From assembly GCF_964355755.1 (NCBI RefSeq), contig NC_092671.1, forward strand, positions 32,808,304 to 32,872,303: DNA of 64,000 nt, in the 5' to 3' direction. This DNA comes from Antedon mediterranea. Its lineage: Eukaryota; Animalia; Echinodermata. Each line of letters opens with the position of its first letter. Position 1 is the first letter of the stretch. The position numbers and the translations under genes are program-made. Below the pieces are notes generated by a model. The model was not told where the DNA came from, did not search any database, and worked only from the letters and a program-made list of their open reading frames with translations. Shown here one piece after another: positions 24,889-39,881 of the stretch.

Positions 24889-27788
24889 TGTTTAGTTTAA
24901 TTGCATAATAGTTACCAAGCAACAATGCTGCAATGCAATAAGATTCATTAACATAATGCTTACCACTAACAGCAACAGTAAAGTTGCATGTTACGACATT
25001 GCCCGAACTATCAACTGCATCATATATAACATCAGTGCTGCCAATATCAAATAGATTATTTCCAGGATTGTAAGTGGACGTTGTTGGTGCATCTTCTCGA
25101 TCACTTCTTGATTTAAACCATCTGATGTAGTAGTTGTAATATCAGGGGGACATACCAAGTCAGGATTCTCATTATCTATTATTAATACAGAAAAAATACA
25201 GGAATTAAAGGTTCAATTATATATTACAATTATCATCTAAATATCAATTTTATTAGTTAGTTATTTTTGTTTATGTTATGTGATGTTATGCTACAAAGGA
25301 ATCGGTTATAAAATAATTTATGAGGCCCAAACCAATCATATTTGCAATTTTGACTCATCCTGTGAAAAATGCAAGATGAAGTTTTATCGGTAAAATACAA
25401 ATTTTAAACAGAAATATAAAAACATTGGACTATAACCAACAATAATCAAGTACATTAATTACATCACTAATACTATTCATGAAAACAAATTAATATTTTA
25501 CCTACAACCTGAAGACCAAAGTCACATGTATCATTATTACCAGAAGAATCAGTTGCTGTAAAGGTAATTGTGTGAATACCAATTGGTATCATGTCACCTG
25601 ACTCATATGGTGATGAGACAACAGTCACTGTTCCATTGCCACTTGTCACAGGAGGATCCCACCTGACTGTTGCATTTGGACTTCCTTCATCTGTGCTAAC
25701 ACCTATTAGTCCATTTCCTTCTCCAAAATAATTGTTTGAAGTTATATTTGTTGGGCATTCAATCACTGGGCTGTTATTATCTATTAATGAAATGCAATAA
25801 AACATATTAGCGTGTCTAGATTGAAACATTGAATAGTATGTGTAATACAAACATTTTTAAAAACACGGTTTGATCTTTCTATGGTAATACAATTATAACT
25901 ATTTATAATTTTAAGAAATACAGACGTATTGTTAGTAGGCATATTAGTAGGCATATTAGTAGGCATAATAGTCAATATTTAAATAGTACTACTCTTTTTT
26001 TAAAACTAGACTTACTTAGGCATCAATGTTGCCTTTACGTATTATAGATGAATATTCATAGATGCTAAACTTTTTAGAATTTTTATAAAAAAACGTTCTG
26101 AAAATGTAAAATTTCACATAAAAAATCAATGTTTGTAGCTAAAGAGGAATTAATTTTTTGTATATGTGAATGCTCTTTTTATTTTTTTAAGAGATTGATA
26201 TAGATAGATATATAACAGTTATGATCATAACATGTATGCCCTATCAGTGGCAAGAAAGAATCAAAGAGAGGGCGTGCAGGAAGAGAGGCAGACCGGATCG
26301 GATCGGACAGATTTGTCATTACATGACAGTTTATGTGTATTTTTTGTACAAATAGATTAATTTGTTAATGCAATTTGATTTCGATTGATTTGAAGTTGTT
26401 ACACTTAAACTTCGTGGCACATTCATTTACAGACATTTAAATGTCCAATATCGTTCAAGCTTTAGTAGACCCTTGATCCCAGTGACAGGTGACTGATTAT
26501 CACCTGATTGCTTGCCTTGAATCATTGTAAAGGAACTTTATCTTCAAACACAATGCCTTTGGAATAATAACATATATTGTCGATAAAGTACATACTGTAG
26601 GCCTATAGTTACTAAGAAACGTCATATGGATTTTTAGTTTTTTTATTTGATTATAACGTTGAAATCACAAACCAAGCTATATAATAATAGTAGTCAATGT
26701 ACAATCGATAGAGGTAGTCATATTTGTGCAGAATTTCTTTACATAATAATTTATTAAATACTAATATAACAAAAATAGAAATTCATACAATGAAGAGATG
26801 GATTTTTTTGTAGCAAACAAGGGTTATTAATTTAACTCAAGTGTATAATAGGCTGGTAATTAAAATGATTATGAAGTGCAACGAATCTTTTTATAAGAAA
26901 CATTCATATGTCCAGGTATGAATTTCTTAAAAACTGTTAATGAATTACCCAAGTAACATTTTAGAACAGTGGTTGTTTTGTGTGGTTTTGATGCATTATG
27001 AAATCATATCATTTTATTTAAAAGTAAACTACAGTAAATGTAATACTGTTATTGTAAATGTGAAAAAAAAATCATATTAACGTTGGGGTGGCTAATTTCT
27101 TCATCTTAATTTTTTCAGTATTATCGTCGGCCAGTTTTATTGTTACCGCAGTAAACTGCAGCATATTCTGTTATAAAAATTAATGATGAAACTCACCATT
27201 ACAAGGTGGAAACTGAATAGCTGAAGCAGTCAGGTTACCTTCACAAGGCAAAAGAGAATCTGAAAAAAAAACATTTTAATTTGTTAATTACTAACTAACA
27301 TTCACAACTTATTATTTTTTTAAAATGTATCAAAATTACTCTTACACAGTATAGAGTTCCATCTTAGCTTAGGGAATGCAAACCGTACACTTTCTGTGTG
27401 TTTTTAATTAAAAAAAATGATCAATTATATTTTTTTTGTCTTGTATCGCATACCTCCAATTCAAGAATTGCAATGTACTATAAAATCTTCACTATGCTTT
27501 ATTTATAAGCCATATTAGATTGTATTACATCTCTGTTGTTAGTATTGGCATATCAAGCAGTTTATTCTCTTCAAAATGTTTTTTTATACAGTGATGTAAT
27601 CCATTTTTTTATTGCCCAAAGAAGGATAAATAAAGATATATTTAATTGAATAAATTCATATCAATAAAAAGCCCTAAATTCATTGAACGTAGGTAGGCTT
27701 TAAAAACAAAATTATAATTTTTAAATAAAATTAAGTAGGCCTATCCCAATAGAAATTTAATTAATTACAAACATTTCTATCAAGATAT

Positions 27789-27828
<40 letters not shown>

Positions 27829-28540
27829 ATAAAAAATTCAATAAACATTATCAATATTTCTTTTTTTTAATATTCGTTTTTAGTCTTTGATTTTTTTTTT
27901 ATCTGAAAACAAATAATTGGTATAGGTTCGGCCTTTATTTTGTAAGATGTGTTACGCCAACAAAACCTTTTTTTATAAAGTAGATAGTTGCTGTTATTAT
28001 TATATCGACTCGAATCTTTTTTTAATACGTAGGTTTTCATGGATTTATAGCATCGTGACCGATGAATAAATGCATACATATATATATAATAATTGGGTGC
28101 GTTACGCCTATTTTATTTTCCTAAATAGTAGATAGTTTTTATTAATTATATTGACTCAGCAACAGAAAGAACACTATTGATAACATTATTTTTACCTGTG
28201 CAATATCCCATTGAAGTTCCATGAGTGTCAGTAAAAAAATGAACAAAATATAGATCATTGTTTACAGTTGAACAAGCAAGAAGAGAAATTGGAACAGAGA
28301 AGGCACATGGATTTTCACTGAATTCTATGCAGCCAGTAACACTTTTCATCGGGTCTCCAAGTGCTGGATATGTATCTATACAATTGATTAAAAAAAAAGC
28401 ATTACTGTGTCCTCTTTCTATTTATTTACATAGTGATTGCTAAAAACACATTGGGTATCAAACGTGTAAATGTACTGAAATGGTGGAGGACAGTATCGTA
28501 TTACAAAAGAATGTATGAGCTGAATAAAAACATTTTCTCC

Positions 28541-28800
28541 AAATTTACGTAAGGGCAAATTTTAGTAAATCGCTCAAAGGATGTTACATATACTTTCGGT
28601 ACTGATTTATAATACCTACTGAAAACCAGTACACTAATTAAGTTTATTTAGATAATACATTATTGGCGATTAAAACGAATTTAGGTGAAACTATTTGCCC
28701 CAAAAATGGGTGTTTTTCCGATTGCGGTATTTTCGGTGGTTGTTGGTACTGAAACATACCCGCAATAATACAATAATTTAAAATTGTAAATCCGTGATTG
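28541..28800 (+). mobile_element. Diverged 5' fragment of the 1.2-kb Helitron family
   Basis: AAATTTACGTAAGGGCAAA..TAAATCGC, ACTTTCGGTACTGATTT and CGATTAAAACGAATTTAGGT..TTTGCCCCA are shared with 55977-56200. Confidence 0.7.
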
Positions 28801-31800
28801 AAGGCCTGCATTCAATACAAGTGGTTGCTCAACGGTTTCATTTATCCTAGGCCTACATATTGTCTAAAGGTATAGAAGCATAACAGCTACGCCCTATAGG
28901 CTAGATACTATGTTATACCGCCTGTGTTTAGTGTGGTATAAAACTATCTGTATTACTGCAGTTTGGAAATATATTATTAAAGGCATGGCGTGGTGTAATA
29001 AACTATGCCAGTGCCATGCACTTCCACTATTTAAAGTTTACAATGACAATAAGTTTTAGGCCTTAATACTCCAAATTCATCAAATGCGCAACTCAAAATA
29101 GATTCGTTTTTAAATTTGAATCATTATTTGACCTAATTCTGTGTCAAGTTTTTGTTTTGGAGGTAATTTCAATTGTACTTGATTACATATAGATCAGGGT
29201 GTATTCATTCGCTTCATGTGGTATTTTGGCCTAACTTTTTTAAGGGTTTAACTAAAAAATGACGCTTTTGAATCATTGACCAAATGTATTATTTGGTTGT
29301 CATTCCACAAATTGAAACATAATTTTTGTTTAAATGCAAAGTACATTGATAATAAAAATATCTCACATAGTTTTCACAATTTTGGGGAATTGAGGTACAG
29401 CCATTTTTTTTAATTGTTTGTACTCAAGACAAGAACAAATGTATTTGAGCTCTTAGTTTATTAAAGTAGAGCAATATTAATAGTATTGCGGTAAAGTATT
29501 GCGCACATGCCAGTTATTTTATTACAGTAATCGAGAACAATGTGTGGCTACGATCTAGTTTAGATAAGCTTCAAGTCTAGATAACCTTCAAGAAAAATGA
29601 CGATGATGATATAATGATTTATATTATATTGGACTCATTTTCTATAATAATAAACAGTTAACAAACCATCAATCCAAACTGGGAATAGAGTTCCACATTT
29701 AAAACTTCAAGGTGATGAGGTTGGCATTCTGATATCTATCCTATCACCCTCATTTCTCAGCTTGTACCAGCCATCTATTATAAAATCATCAGATATTGGA
29801 GACTCAGACGGCGGAGTGTCGTAAAGAATACTACGTTGCCACTCTGTAAGCACCAGATCAGTATCACATGGCCCTAAGAATAATAAATTAAAGTCATTAA
29901 AAAATACAAACATAAATTGAGTCTATGTTTATTTTATTTTTAATTAAACTAATTAGGAAACTATGAAATAATATTTAAAGATGTCAATTCCTCCTTCTAT
30001 TTAGGTAAATTTGAGGATTATTTAAATTATCTTTATAATTTAAATTACAAATAATTAACTAATTTGTTTTTATTTATGCAATAGTTTCAGCTTAATTCAT
30101 TTTATTAATATTTTTTAAAACTTGAATTAAATCCAAGTCACTAAATATAGTTTATACAGTAACGTAAATTTTCTAAGAGTAATTAAGGACAGTCTAAGGC
30201 AGGCAAAATAATAATATTAACACAAATAGTGACATTCAATGTGTAATAGCAAACCTAAAAATGTATCGATCCCATACACATTATATGTATGTAACAACAT
30301 ACTGTATTATATAAGCCTGCCAGGCAGCAATGTATGATTATTGCCTAAATTTCTGCATCATTCCTACTCTATTTCAGTCCAATCACATCTGATAGACTAA
30401 TAATAAACCCTTCCAGGCATATGTGTGGCTTGGCCTTCCAATAAATCCCAGGCAGTCAGACACCTCACAAACATCACCCACTCAGCACTATCCAAGACCA
30501 CCACAACACAAACGCTCATAACCTCATGTATTTATAGCACAACTTCCAACATGCCCGTACATTACCTCACCGTTTTTTGATAATATGTACTACACGATCA
30601 CCAAAATGTCAAACTGGTATCATAAACAGGGAAGAGTGAATTCTACCTATCATATCATGGAGTCGAGTAATTATTATTACTCCATGATCATATCTAATGC
30701 GAACTAGTCGCCTCCTACCTATCATCTGTTGTTCCGTTTTCAATTCGACAACATACACCTTATTGGGTAGTGTTATCTGAATTTTCTTTTAATATCATAT
30801 AGGTTTACACACAATAGACAGCTTCCAAAAAAGTGGTAACGAGACAACATCAAATACAAAAATTATTGAAAATGTTCAGGTTTCTGATATTTGACAGGCA
30901 TTGGAAATGCATTTATTCTTTAACTTTCTTTTGCAGATCTAGCGGTAGAGGGGAACTGTACCAGCAGCTTTCTAAACATAAATAATAATAATGATATCTC
31001 AAATCTTTACTGACCCAATGATTAATTCAGATACAAGTTTAAATAGATAACATACTCACTTTGGGAATTGACAAGATTATTCAGAAGTCCAAATATCACA
31101 ATGAAAATTATTAATGACATTATACCTCTTAAGCAACATTGATCATAAACAAACCCGAATTAAGATCTGTTCTTCTATTTTCGTACAATACCAGATATCG
31201 ACAGTAATCTGTAGCGCTGTTTGAACAGGAAATAACCATGTAGAAAGCTTATGAACTTTGTTTGTTGTTTGAAATCATTTCTTCCGGCATGTACTTTTAT
31301 CCTAACCTAATGTGTTTCTTCTGTCATGCATGTACAGCAATACATAATGCTTACAATTTCACACCTTTTGATTTTGAAAAGACAACCAAGGCTTCTATGA
31401 AACCATCTTCAAATAGTACAGTTCATTGCTCGCCCACTGTCAATAAGGAAATGTCTGACACGCAATTTCTCAAAAATGGAATTATGCAAGTCAGAGGGTA
31501 CAGACACGGACCAATAAATTGTGTTTAGGGGAAGGGAATGTGGATATAAAAACGATACGTAATCATACCTATATTAATGAAATATAGGCATATACAATTA
31601 TTTATATCATATTAAAAAAGTTAATGTGCAATATGCTTACCTTTAAAACCCATCGAGAGTGGATTATCTTAAAACTTTTTTTATGGATTCGTTTGGGTGT
31701 GATTTCCAAAAATCAAAGTAAATCAAGGCACTGGGACTACTAGTCAAACAAGAAGCAATAATTAACTAAAGCTAACATTGTGAATTGTCTACACAAATAA

Positions 31801-32574
31801 AATTCTTTAAATTATTCCTTACTGCTTCTAGAAAAGTTAGGTGTTGCTTACACGTTAATCATCACTGGATTGTTGTTTCTGTACCTATATTACTCCGGTA
31901 TCAGGACGATCTGTAATACACAATCACATATGAACATACCCTTTACCTAACCTACATGATAGGGCTACATGTTCTACGTAGGAGATGTTGTATTACCAAA
32001 AAGTCCTATGATACTGAGACAAATGGTCGTAGGCCTATGTAGAGACCCAGCTGAGAATAAAAATTAACGTGTAATGTACACAATGCCCATATACATTTAA
32101 GAATATGTAAAGTTCCAATAACTATTACCACAATTTGTTTCTATTGATTACAAACAGTTGACAGGAATATGCCCAATGGGCTTTTACCATGATATACTGT
32201 AAATATAGACGATAAAGTTATAGAAATATTCGTACAAAGAAGTCACGTAATTCAATACGGATAATGTATGTTCAACCATTTGAACTATTTTTCAAAGGGC
32301 ATCTCAATTTTGTATTATTATGGACACACTTTGAAACTAGTTTTACCTTAGTTAATCAACTTTATCTGGTTCAAATTTTAGGGATGTCTGATCTGTTTGT
32401 CCGATTTACTAAAGTAACACAACATAAATGTAGTGAAATCAAACAATGTAATGTATCAAGTTGACATGTAATAAGATTTACAAAGTGGCAGAATCAACGC
32501 AATTTAGTGTTCAATTGTAAATCGCTCATGCATGCACATTTTTATAACGTCATGTACACCAATTTTTCCGACTG

Positions 32575-32766
32575 GTTGTCTGGCTTAGTGGTGTGGTACT
32601 GCGGCTAGGGTTCTAGAGGTTTTGTAGGTTCAATTCTCGATCAATGTCAAAAAATTGTATTTCATTGACCATCGTCCATCCTAACCACGGCGTAGTATTT
32701 AATATATGCCTACATTTATAAGAAATGTTCGTAAGGATAGAAGGATAGCTCAATTGATTGATTGAC
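32575..32766 (+). mobile_element. Possible tRNA-derived SINE
   Basis: A-box-like TGGCTTAGTGG, B-box-like GGTTCAATTCT, (TTGA)n tail. Confidence 0.4.
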
Positions 32767-33920
32767 CATTAATAATATAAAAAGTAAAAGAGTATTATAA
32801 ATAAAGTGCTTACCAACATCTTCCTGTGTATTCTACTAATAGTAAATTACAATATCTCTCTATGTAAGCCTCTAAACTCTAGGCATCAGCTGGCTTTAGG
32901 CTTCAAAGTAAGCCTCTGAACAGTTCACTTCAAGCGTCTAAATATATCTCTTTGTTCTTGTCTTGTTCTTACGTAACAAGCAAACTAAATCAAGCATGAT
33001 TAATTTGCATATACATTATACCACCTGAATTATAATTTAGCTAAAGAATACAGAGAAATGGATGAACGAGAATAAATTATTCTAGTCATATTATTTAGAC
33101 GTTTTGGAAGACTCAACAAGAAACTTGCAAAGGTAGACGCTGATATAAATTATTTATTATTTATTTATTTATAAAGTATTTTAACCAATATTTTAAACTA
33201 CAATTATATTTTCCTGCAATGGTATACTAATTAGCATTATTTACCAACAAGACGGCTTTTACCTTGACTGATGATGATGACTGAAATAAGTATAATATAT
33301 AGAACAGAAAGTTAACTAAAATCATTTTGGGCGGTCCCAATAATCATTAGAAACATGCGCAAATCAAGCAACATGTTCTTGGTTGTTACTTGAATTGGTT
33401 TTAAAATCCGAATTCGGTTGCTCTCCTTTAAACGAATTCAAACCAAAGGAAGTAGTTTTACCTGCACTGGAATTGACAGAGCTACTTTTGGTTCCTCTAA
33501 GTGTTGAAGACAGCCCGTTAAATCGTTTACGCACCTCTTCTGTCCAGAAACTACGAACATCCTTACTTCTTAAACAATACAGAACGAAGATAGCAAACCC
33601 TTGGAGAGAATTCAGGATACAGAAGAGTATCTGAATCACATTGGTGGCACTACCAATTACAAAGAATCCAATAACCCATGTCAATCCCATAATTACTGAT
33701 ATGCATGCTGCATTTTGCAGTAAGTGCCTGCTTTTGTTGTGTTCGTGAGCTTGTGCTGTTATTTTACCAAGTTTACTTATGCTGCGTAACACCATAATAA
33801 AGACAACCGTATTAAAGAGTAATACGATTGCAATAGGTAATACAACGCTGTAATACATACGGGTTACAACAAGGAAACAGCTGTAAACAAAAATACACAC
33901 AGTTTTAAAGTGGTATATTC

Positions 33921-33951
<31 letters not shown>

Positions 33952-33980
33952 GTTAGTGTTAGTGTTATTATTATTATTAT
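33921..33980. repeat. (TAT)n microsatellite in the last GPCR intron
   Basis: Visible TATTATTAT run. Confidence 0.9.
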
Positions 33981-36900
33981 AGAACAACTTAAACATTAAA
34001 TGTAATATATAATATGTTTATTTTAAAGAAAATATGAAGTAGCAAACAATGAAAATATATGTAAAGGAAATGAGTTTGCCATAAATGAAACTCAATGTTC
34101 TCAATAATATGTTGTAGTTAAAGGATGTGTACACTTCATATCAAACCGTTTTTAATTATGAGGCTAGTCGAATTATCGGAAAGCTGCGAGTTGGTTTACT
34201 AAATATTTATAACATATTAATAGATTACAATGTAATGTTACCATTTAAGTTATTTTAATTAATGTATGCTGCTTTTATTTCTTGAATTGTTTCTAAATAA
34301 ATGTTGTAACTTACTAGTCTTTATTTGCATAATTTTCAACATCAATACCAACAGTAATAGCAACAATCACAGCTGGTAGACCTGTAAACAATAAATGTAT
34401 ATATAGTGATAATCACACATCCTAATGTATAACTTAAAAAGTAAGCCCAATGAATCAATTTTTCCATTTGAAAACATGCTTTGACAACAAACTGCCATAA
34501 TCAATTACTTCTTTTTTATCATGTAGTTAGTTTAGATTAGCTAATACTTGTCATTTTGTATGTTTGTGCACTTACCCCAAGCAAAAAGACAGGCTTTTAA
34601 GAAAAACCTAGAAACGTGTGTATTATAAACTTTCACGATCAAGTAATACAGGTTAATAGACTGCACAGACATCCAAAACATAGACGTCAACAAAAAGTAG
34701 TGAATCAGTCCAGCAATGGCCGTACAAGAACTTTTTTTATCTTTTCTGTCAATCCCAACCAGAAAGATCAGATACAAGCAGAGTAGTGATACACACAGGT
34801 GGCATAATATTTGTTTTGGTTTACTCTTTCGTAGCTTTCTGAAATGTAAAAAAAATGAAACAGCATCTGTAATTTAACCTGAGTGAATTGTGAGGTTGAA
34901 AATGTATAATATTGTTTTGTTGTCATCACATTGAACTGAACTGTTTATAAAAAGATAAGAATGTTATCAATGAAAAGTTTTGAACAATTAAATTGAAAAA
35001 AGATTAGTTAATCATAAAATTTAATATATTTCAAAACATTTCACAAAACTTTTTGTGAAAAAATTATATTTTTGTAAACACGGACGAGCTCTCATCATTT
35101 TAGAATAAACTCATTTTTATAAACATAGAGTCAACTTCATTAGTTGAAATTTACGAATGAAGAACGATTACCATTTTGTCCCTAATCTAAGATGTAGTCT
35201 GCGATTTATTCTATAGTTGGAAATAATACAAAAAATGCAGTTCAATAAAAATGTGTATTTTAATTTAAACCAATCTAGCTACCAAAAGTATTCAATACTT
35301 AGTAAGTATATGAGTTGTTTCTGAGTAAAACCAAGATTTGCAGATCACTATAATTAGCTATATTATACATTATTGTGAAAACAAGTTCCCCTTAATAAAC
35401 ATAAATATTATTGTTTTGGTTACTTTTTGTATGGTAACTTCATTACCTAATTAAAATCCAATTATCATTGTAATTTAAAAAAAAAACAAATTTCAACTTG
35501 TAATGATAAATGTTATGAATTAATTTCGATCCTACCTGTTGATTGTAAAAGAGACTAAAGTTGCAAGTAAACAAACGATTGAAACACCAAGACCAATATT
35601 TGTGATGTACCTTGGAATCGGTGAATCTTCTTGACCTGGATAAAAGTTCTAAATGGAAAAATACAATTTAATTTTTATAATGCGGTACCATTACTGACTA
35701 GTCTTGATATGAGTTGGGCTGGTTTTAAATGGATTTAACAGCCTACCACATTGTCTATAGTTCAGTCTGGTGCTGAGAAACCATAATATTGTTTTAATTC
35801 AATCCTTTCTGGACTGCATTTTGTATACCTATTGAAGGATTTATAATACTATTTTCACTAATACACTATAGTGTCGCACTATAAAAATTATTAAGAAGCA
35901 CCTAATAACTTGATTGATGATGTTCAATGAATATTCTATTAAAATCATAATATACTTCATCATTGTATAACTATTGAAGGATTTATAATATGTTTACTAA
36001 TATACTGTAGTGTCAAATACACAGACAGTGAAACCATAATACGTAGCCATAACATCGGCAATGGTTCGCTCACTCGCTCCATGGTTCTGGTGGAAGAACC
36101 ATGGAGAACTTATCGGATATAAACCGTAGGTCCAGTGTACACACAGCTCATAGTATATCTTTCGAGACAAGTAGTGTACTAGTCCACACAAACACAGCCA
36201 CTGTCACACACAGCCACTGTGCAATTGGGACTGGACCGACTGGACCGTTTTAGAGGTTTACCTGTTGGTCCAGATCCTTCACTAACAGAGTTAATGAGAA
36301 GTTGAATAAAACAAGAACAAAACAAGTACATAAAAATTTGGATAATTAATGATGTTCAATAAATATTCTATTAAAACCTAATGTCGTTTTTTTTTTACAC
36401 TCTCAAGCATTGTTGAATAGCAATTCGAACAAAATTCATTCGGTGAAAGATGAACATTTGTTCTATTTTATCTTTATCTTTGCTTCACCTTTCATCTTTC
36501 ACCTCATGAATTTATTTAAATCATAGCACTCATAGAAATGCATTATCTGTATGCTACGTTTGCTATAGAACTTTCATAACTTGCCATAAGAATTGCAAAA
36601 TTTGTTAAATGGTCACAATGACAAATTTGTCTGTCACTGCCATCCAACGATCCATTAGCTAAGTAGCATCCAGCACTTGACCATCCACCATTACCATCAT
36701 CAAGTTCAAAATCCCAAAACACACAGACTGTCTTATTATTTTTTTTGGATATCTAAATAAAAAGAAATTGGAATGATTATAAATGAATGAGGTAATTTTA
36801 ACAATTATTGGCCAACTAATATCCCTGCTTTCAACTAGTCATGATGTACTAAAAGTATATCTGCTGACTACAGAATGAGACTTGACATGTAACATATTTA

Positions 36901-37039
36901 TCAAACTTTTTATTTTTGTGATAAAACATGGTAACATAGAAAGAGTCGGATCAAACAAGAATTGTAAGCATATTATCTCAACTTTCATGTGGAGAATCGC
37001 ACTCTATAGGGTACAATCAACAAGGCTTTATTTATAATA

Positions 37040-38329
37040 CTAGATGGCACGCTCGCTTCGCTCGCGTACCATCTAGGTCGTGCCCACAGATGGTTCTCGA
37101 ATACACAGTATTTTCCAGCGAGAAAAAAATGGAGATTTCAAATGTACGTACTGCAGGACTATAATACATTGTCGTTTACAGAAACGAATAAATATACACG
37201 ATGATTTATGTAGTCAGCTAAAATTAGCACCCTGGGAATTACTTCCGAGAGAGAAACAAAATGAGTCAAATTTTTTTATTTGGACTCATTTAAACAAACC
37301 CAATTTGTGTTTTGTATGTAACATTAAGGGTTGAGGGATGGGGGAAGAAGATAGGTACAAAGAGGAAACATTTTAAAATATATTCTTATCCACTCAGTAA
37401 CGAAATATTGTTTTTAATGTTTTATAGGCCTATAAATAATATACCACTAAATACAGTAAAACATTTACGATTTAATACTTTGTTAAAACTCTCACTGTCA
37501 TAGTCGATTGGAATAGTAAAGTACATGTAACGATACACCACTACGTACGTTTATATATTTTTAAATTATTAATTAATACAAACGTTGAGAAGCAACTGTC
37601 AGTAATAACGTTTATTTATTTGTATATTATATGTTTATAATCTAACAGTAGGCCCTACCCACATTCACAGTAATAAAGTTTATTTGTATATTTGTTTATA
37701 TTATATCTAACAGTACCAACACTCACAGTAAGAAATTTGCGATTCAAATTGCGAACAAAGTTGTTAATACCTTAACAGTATTGTACAGCATTGCAATACT
37801 ATTTATGTTTATTCTCCAAGGGGGCCCATAAATCTAAATCTATACCTCTATGGTTAAACCAAATAATTTGGAATGTTCCATTCATCACAAATCAATACAT
37901 TTGTAAAAACATTACATGTATCAAAATAGCATTTTTTAAAGAAAATCGGCCTGTCTTCAACATTATGATGCTGTACTCGAACTGTTCAACCGGTTTTCAG
38001 CTATTAAAAACAATTATCGTAGGAGGAGATAGGAAAATGCGAAGTGTCCTCGTATTATTGTATGCGGGTATTTTTCAATTTGACATCATCATTAGACAGT
38101 GTATACCACGATCAGAAAACACCCCTATTTGGGGCAAATCGTTGAACCTAAATTCGTTTTAATCGTCAATAACTAATTATCGAACTCAATTTAATTAGTA
38201 AACAGAGTTACATCAGGTGGTTAAAATCAGTACCGAAAGTACGAACCAACTTTATATACCATCGAGTAAACATTCTAGAAATAACGCTCGATTTACCGAT
38301 TTTTGCCCTTACGTAAATTTATATATAGA
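37040..38329 (-). mobile_element. Non-autonomous Helitron, copy A
   Basis: Minus strand 5' TCTATATATAAATTTACG; 3' hairpin CTAGATGGTACGCGAGCGAAGCGAGCGTGCCATCTAG then host T; no TSD. Confidence 0.9.
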
Positions 38330-39881
38330 CTAGATGGCACGCTCGCTTCGCTCGCGTACCATCTAGGTCGTGCCCACAGATGGTTCTCGAATACACAGTA
38401 TTTCCAGCGAGAAAAAAATGGAGATTTCAAACAGTGTACGTACCGCAGGACTATAATACATATTGTCGTTTACAGAAACGAATAAATATACACAATGATG
38501 TATGTAGTCAACCAAAATTAGCACCCTGGGAATTACTTCCGAGAGAAAAACAAAATGAGTCAAATTTTTTTATTTGGACTCATTTAAACAAACCCAATTT
38601 GTGTTTTGTATGTAACATTAAGGGTTGAGGGATGGGGGAAGAAGATGGGTACAAAGAGGAAACATTTTAAAATATATTCTTATCCACTCAGTAACGAAAT
38701 ATTGTTTTTAATGTTTTATAGGCCTATAAATAATATACCACTAAATACAGTAAAACATTTACGATTTAATACGGTACTTTGTTAAAACTCTCACTGTCAT
38801 AGTCGATTGAAATAGTAAAGTACACCACTACGACGTTTATATATTTTTAAATTATTAATTAATACAAACGTTGAGAAGCAACTGTCAGTAATAACATTTA
38901 TTTATTTGTATATTATATGTTTATAATCTAACAGTAGGGCCTACCCACACTCAAAGTAATAAAGTTTATTTGTATATATTTTTATATTACATCTAACAGT
39001 ACCAACACTCACAGTAAGAAATTTGCGATTCAAATTGTGATCAAAAGTGGTTAATACCTTAACAGTATTGTACAGCATTGCAATACTATTTATGTTTATT
39101 CTCCAAGGGGGCCCATAAATCTAAATCTATACCTCTATGGTTAAACCAAATAATTTGGAATGTTTATTTCTATATTATATGTTTATAATCTAACAGTAGG
39201 GCCTACCCACACTCACAGTAATAAAGTTTATTTGTATATATTTTTATATTACATCTAACAGTACCAACACTCACAGTAAGAAATTTGCGATTCAAATTGC
39301 GATCAAAAGTGGTTAATACCTTAACAGTATTGTACAGCATTGCAATACTATTTATGTTTATTCTCCAAGGGGGCCCATAAATCTAAATCTATACCTGTAT
39401 GGTTAAACCAAATAATTTGGAATGTTCCATTCATCACAAATCAATACATTTGTAAAAACGTATATTAAATGTATCAAAATAGTATTTTTTTAAAGAAAAT
39501 CGGCCTGTCTTCAACATTATGATGCTGTACTCAAACTGTTCAACCGGTTTTCAGCTATTAAAAACAATTATCGTAGGAGGAGATAGGAAAATGCGAAGCC
39601 TCCTCGCATTTTTGTGGCGGGTATTTTTCAAGACGGACATCCATTAGACAGTGTATACCACGATCGGAAAACACCCCTATTTGGGGCAAATCGTTGAACC
39701 TAAATTCGTTTTAATCGTCAATAACTAATTATCTAACTTAATTTAATTAGTAAACAGGGTTACATCAGGTGGTTAAAATCAGTACCGAAAGTACCAACCA
39801 ACTTTATATACCACCGTGTAAAAATTCTAGAAGTAAGGCGCGATTTACCGAATTTTGCCCTTACGTAAATTTATATATAGA
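38330..39881 (-). mobile_element. Non-autonomous Helitron, copy B (head-to-tail with A; ~250-bp internal duplication)
   Basis: Same termini as copy A; host A before TC at 39882. Internal repeat ~38910-39165 vs ~39170-39425. Confidence 0.9.

Larger units (their letters stand above)
21069..31120 (-). pseudogene. Signal peptide + D8C (UMOD/GP2/OIT3/VWDE-like) + 7 HYR exons; exons 31060-31120, 29667-29873, 28196-28375, 27197-27259, 25502-25780, 24964-25175, 24382-24637, 23362-23607, 22619-22904, 21804-22058, 21069-21311
   Basis: MSLIIFIVIFGLLNNLVNSQ signal peptide; GWYKL..RMPT..CGTLFPVWID..YP..C..C..YC; HYR exons DxExP..CP..V.W..P.ATDNSG..F.IG...Y.A.D.SGN..C.F.V.V in phase 1. Lesions: TGA at 29707 and frameshifts in the 212-, 256- and 286-nt exons. 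No terminal exon was found. Confidence 0.85.

Noticed and set aside
29707-29709. In-frame TGA as selenocysteine (also 3999-4001)
   Set aside because: No SECIS is evident, and the same units carry frameshifts or a TAG, indicating decay.
33881-33996. Poly-Asn N-terminus of the 210-aa ORF
   Set aside because: It is an intronic (TAT)n microsatellite upstream of the real acceptor at 33881.
37080-38628. Paired ORFs (84 aa and 82 aa) suggesting a duplicated small gene
   Set aside because: They lie antisense within the non-coding Helitron copies and differ by frameshifts.
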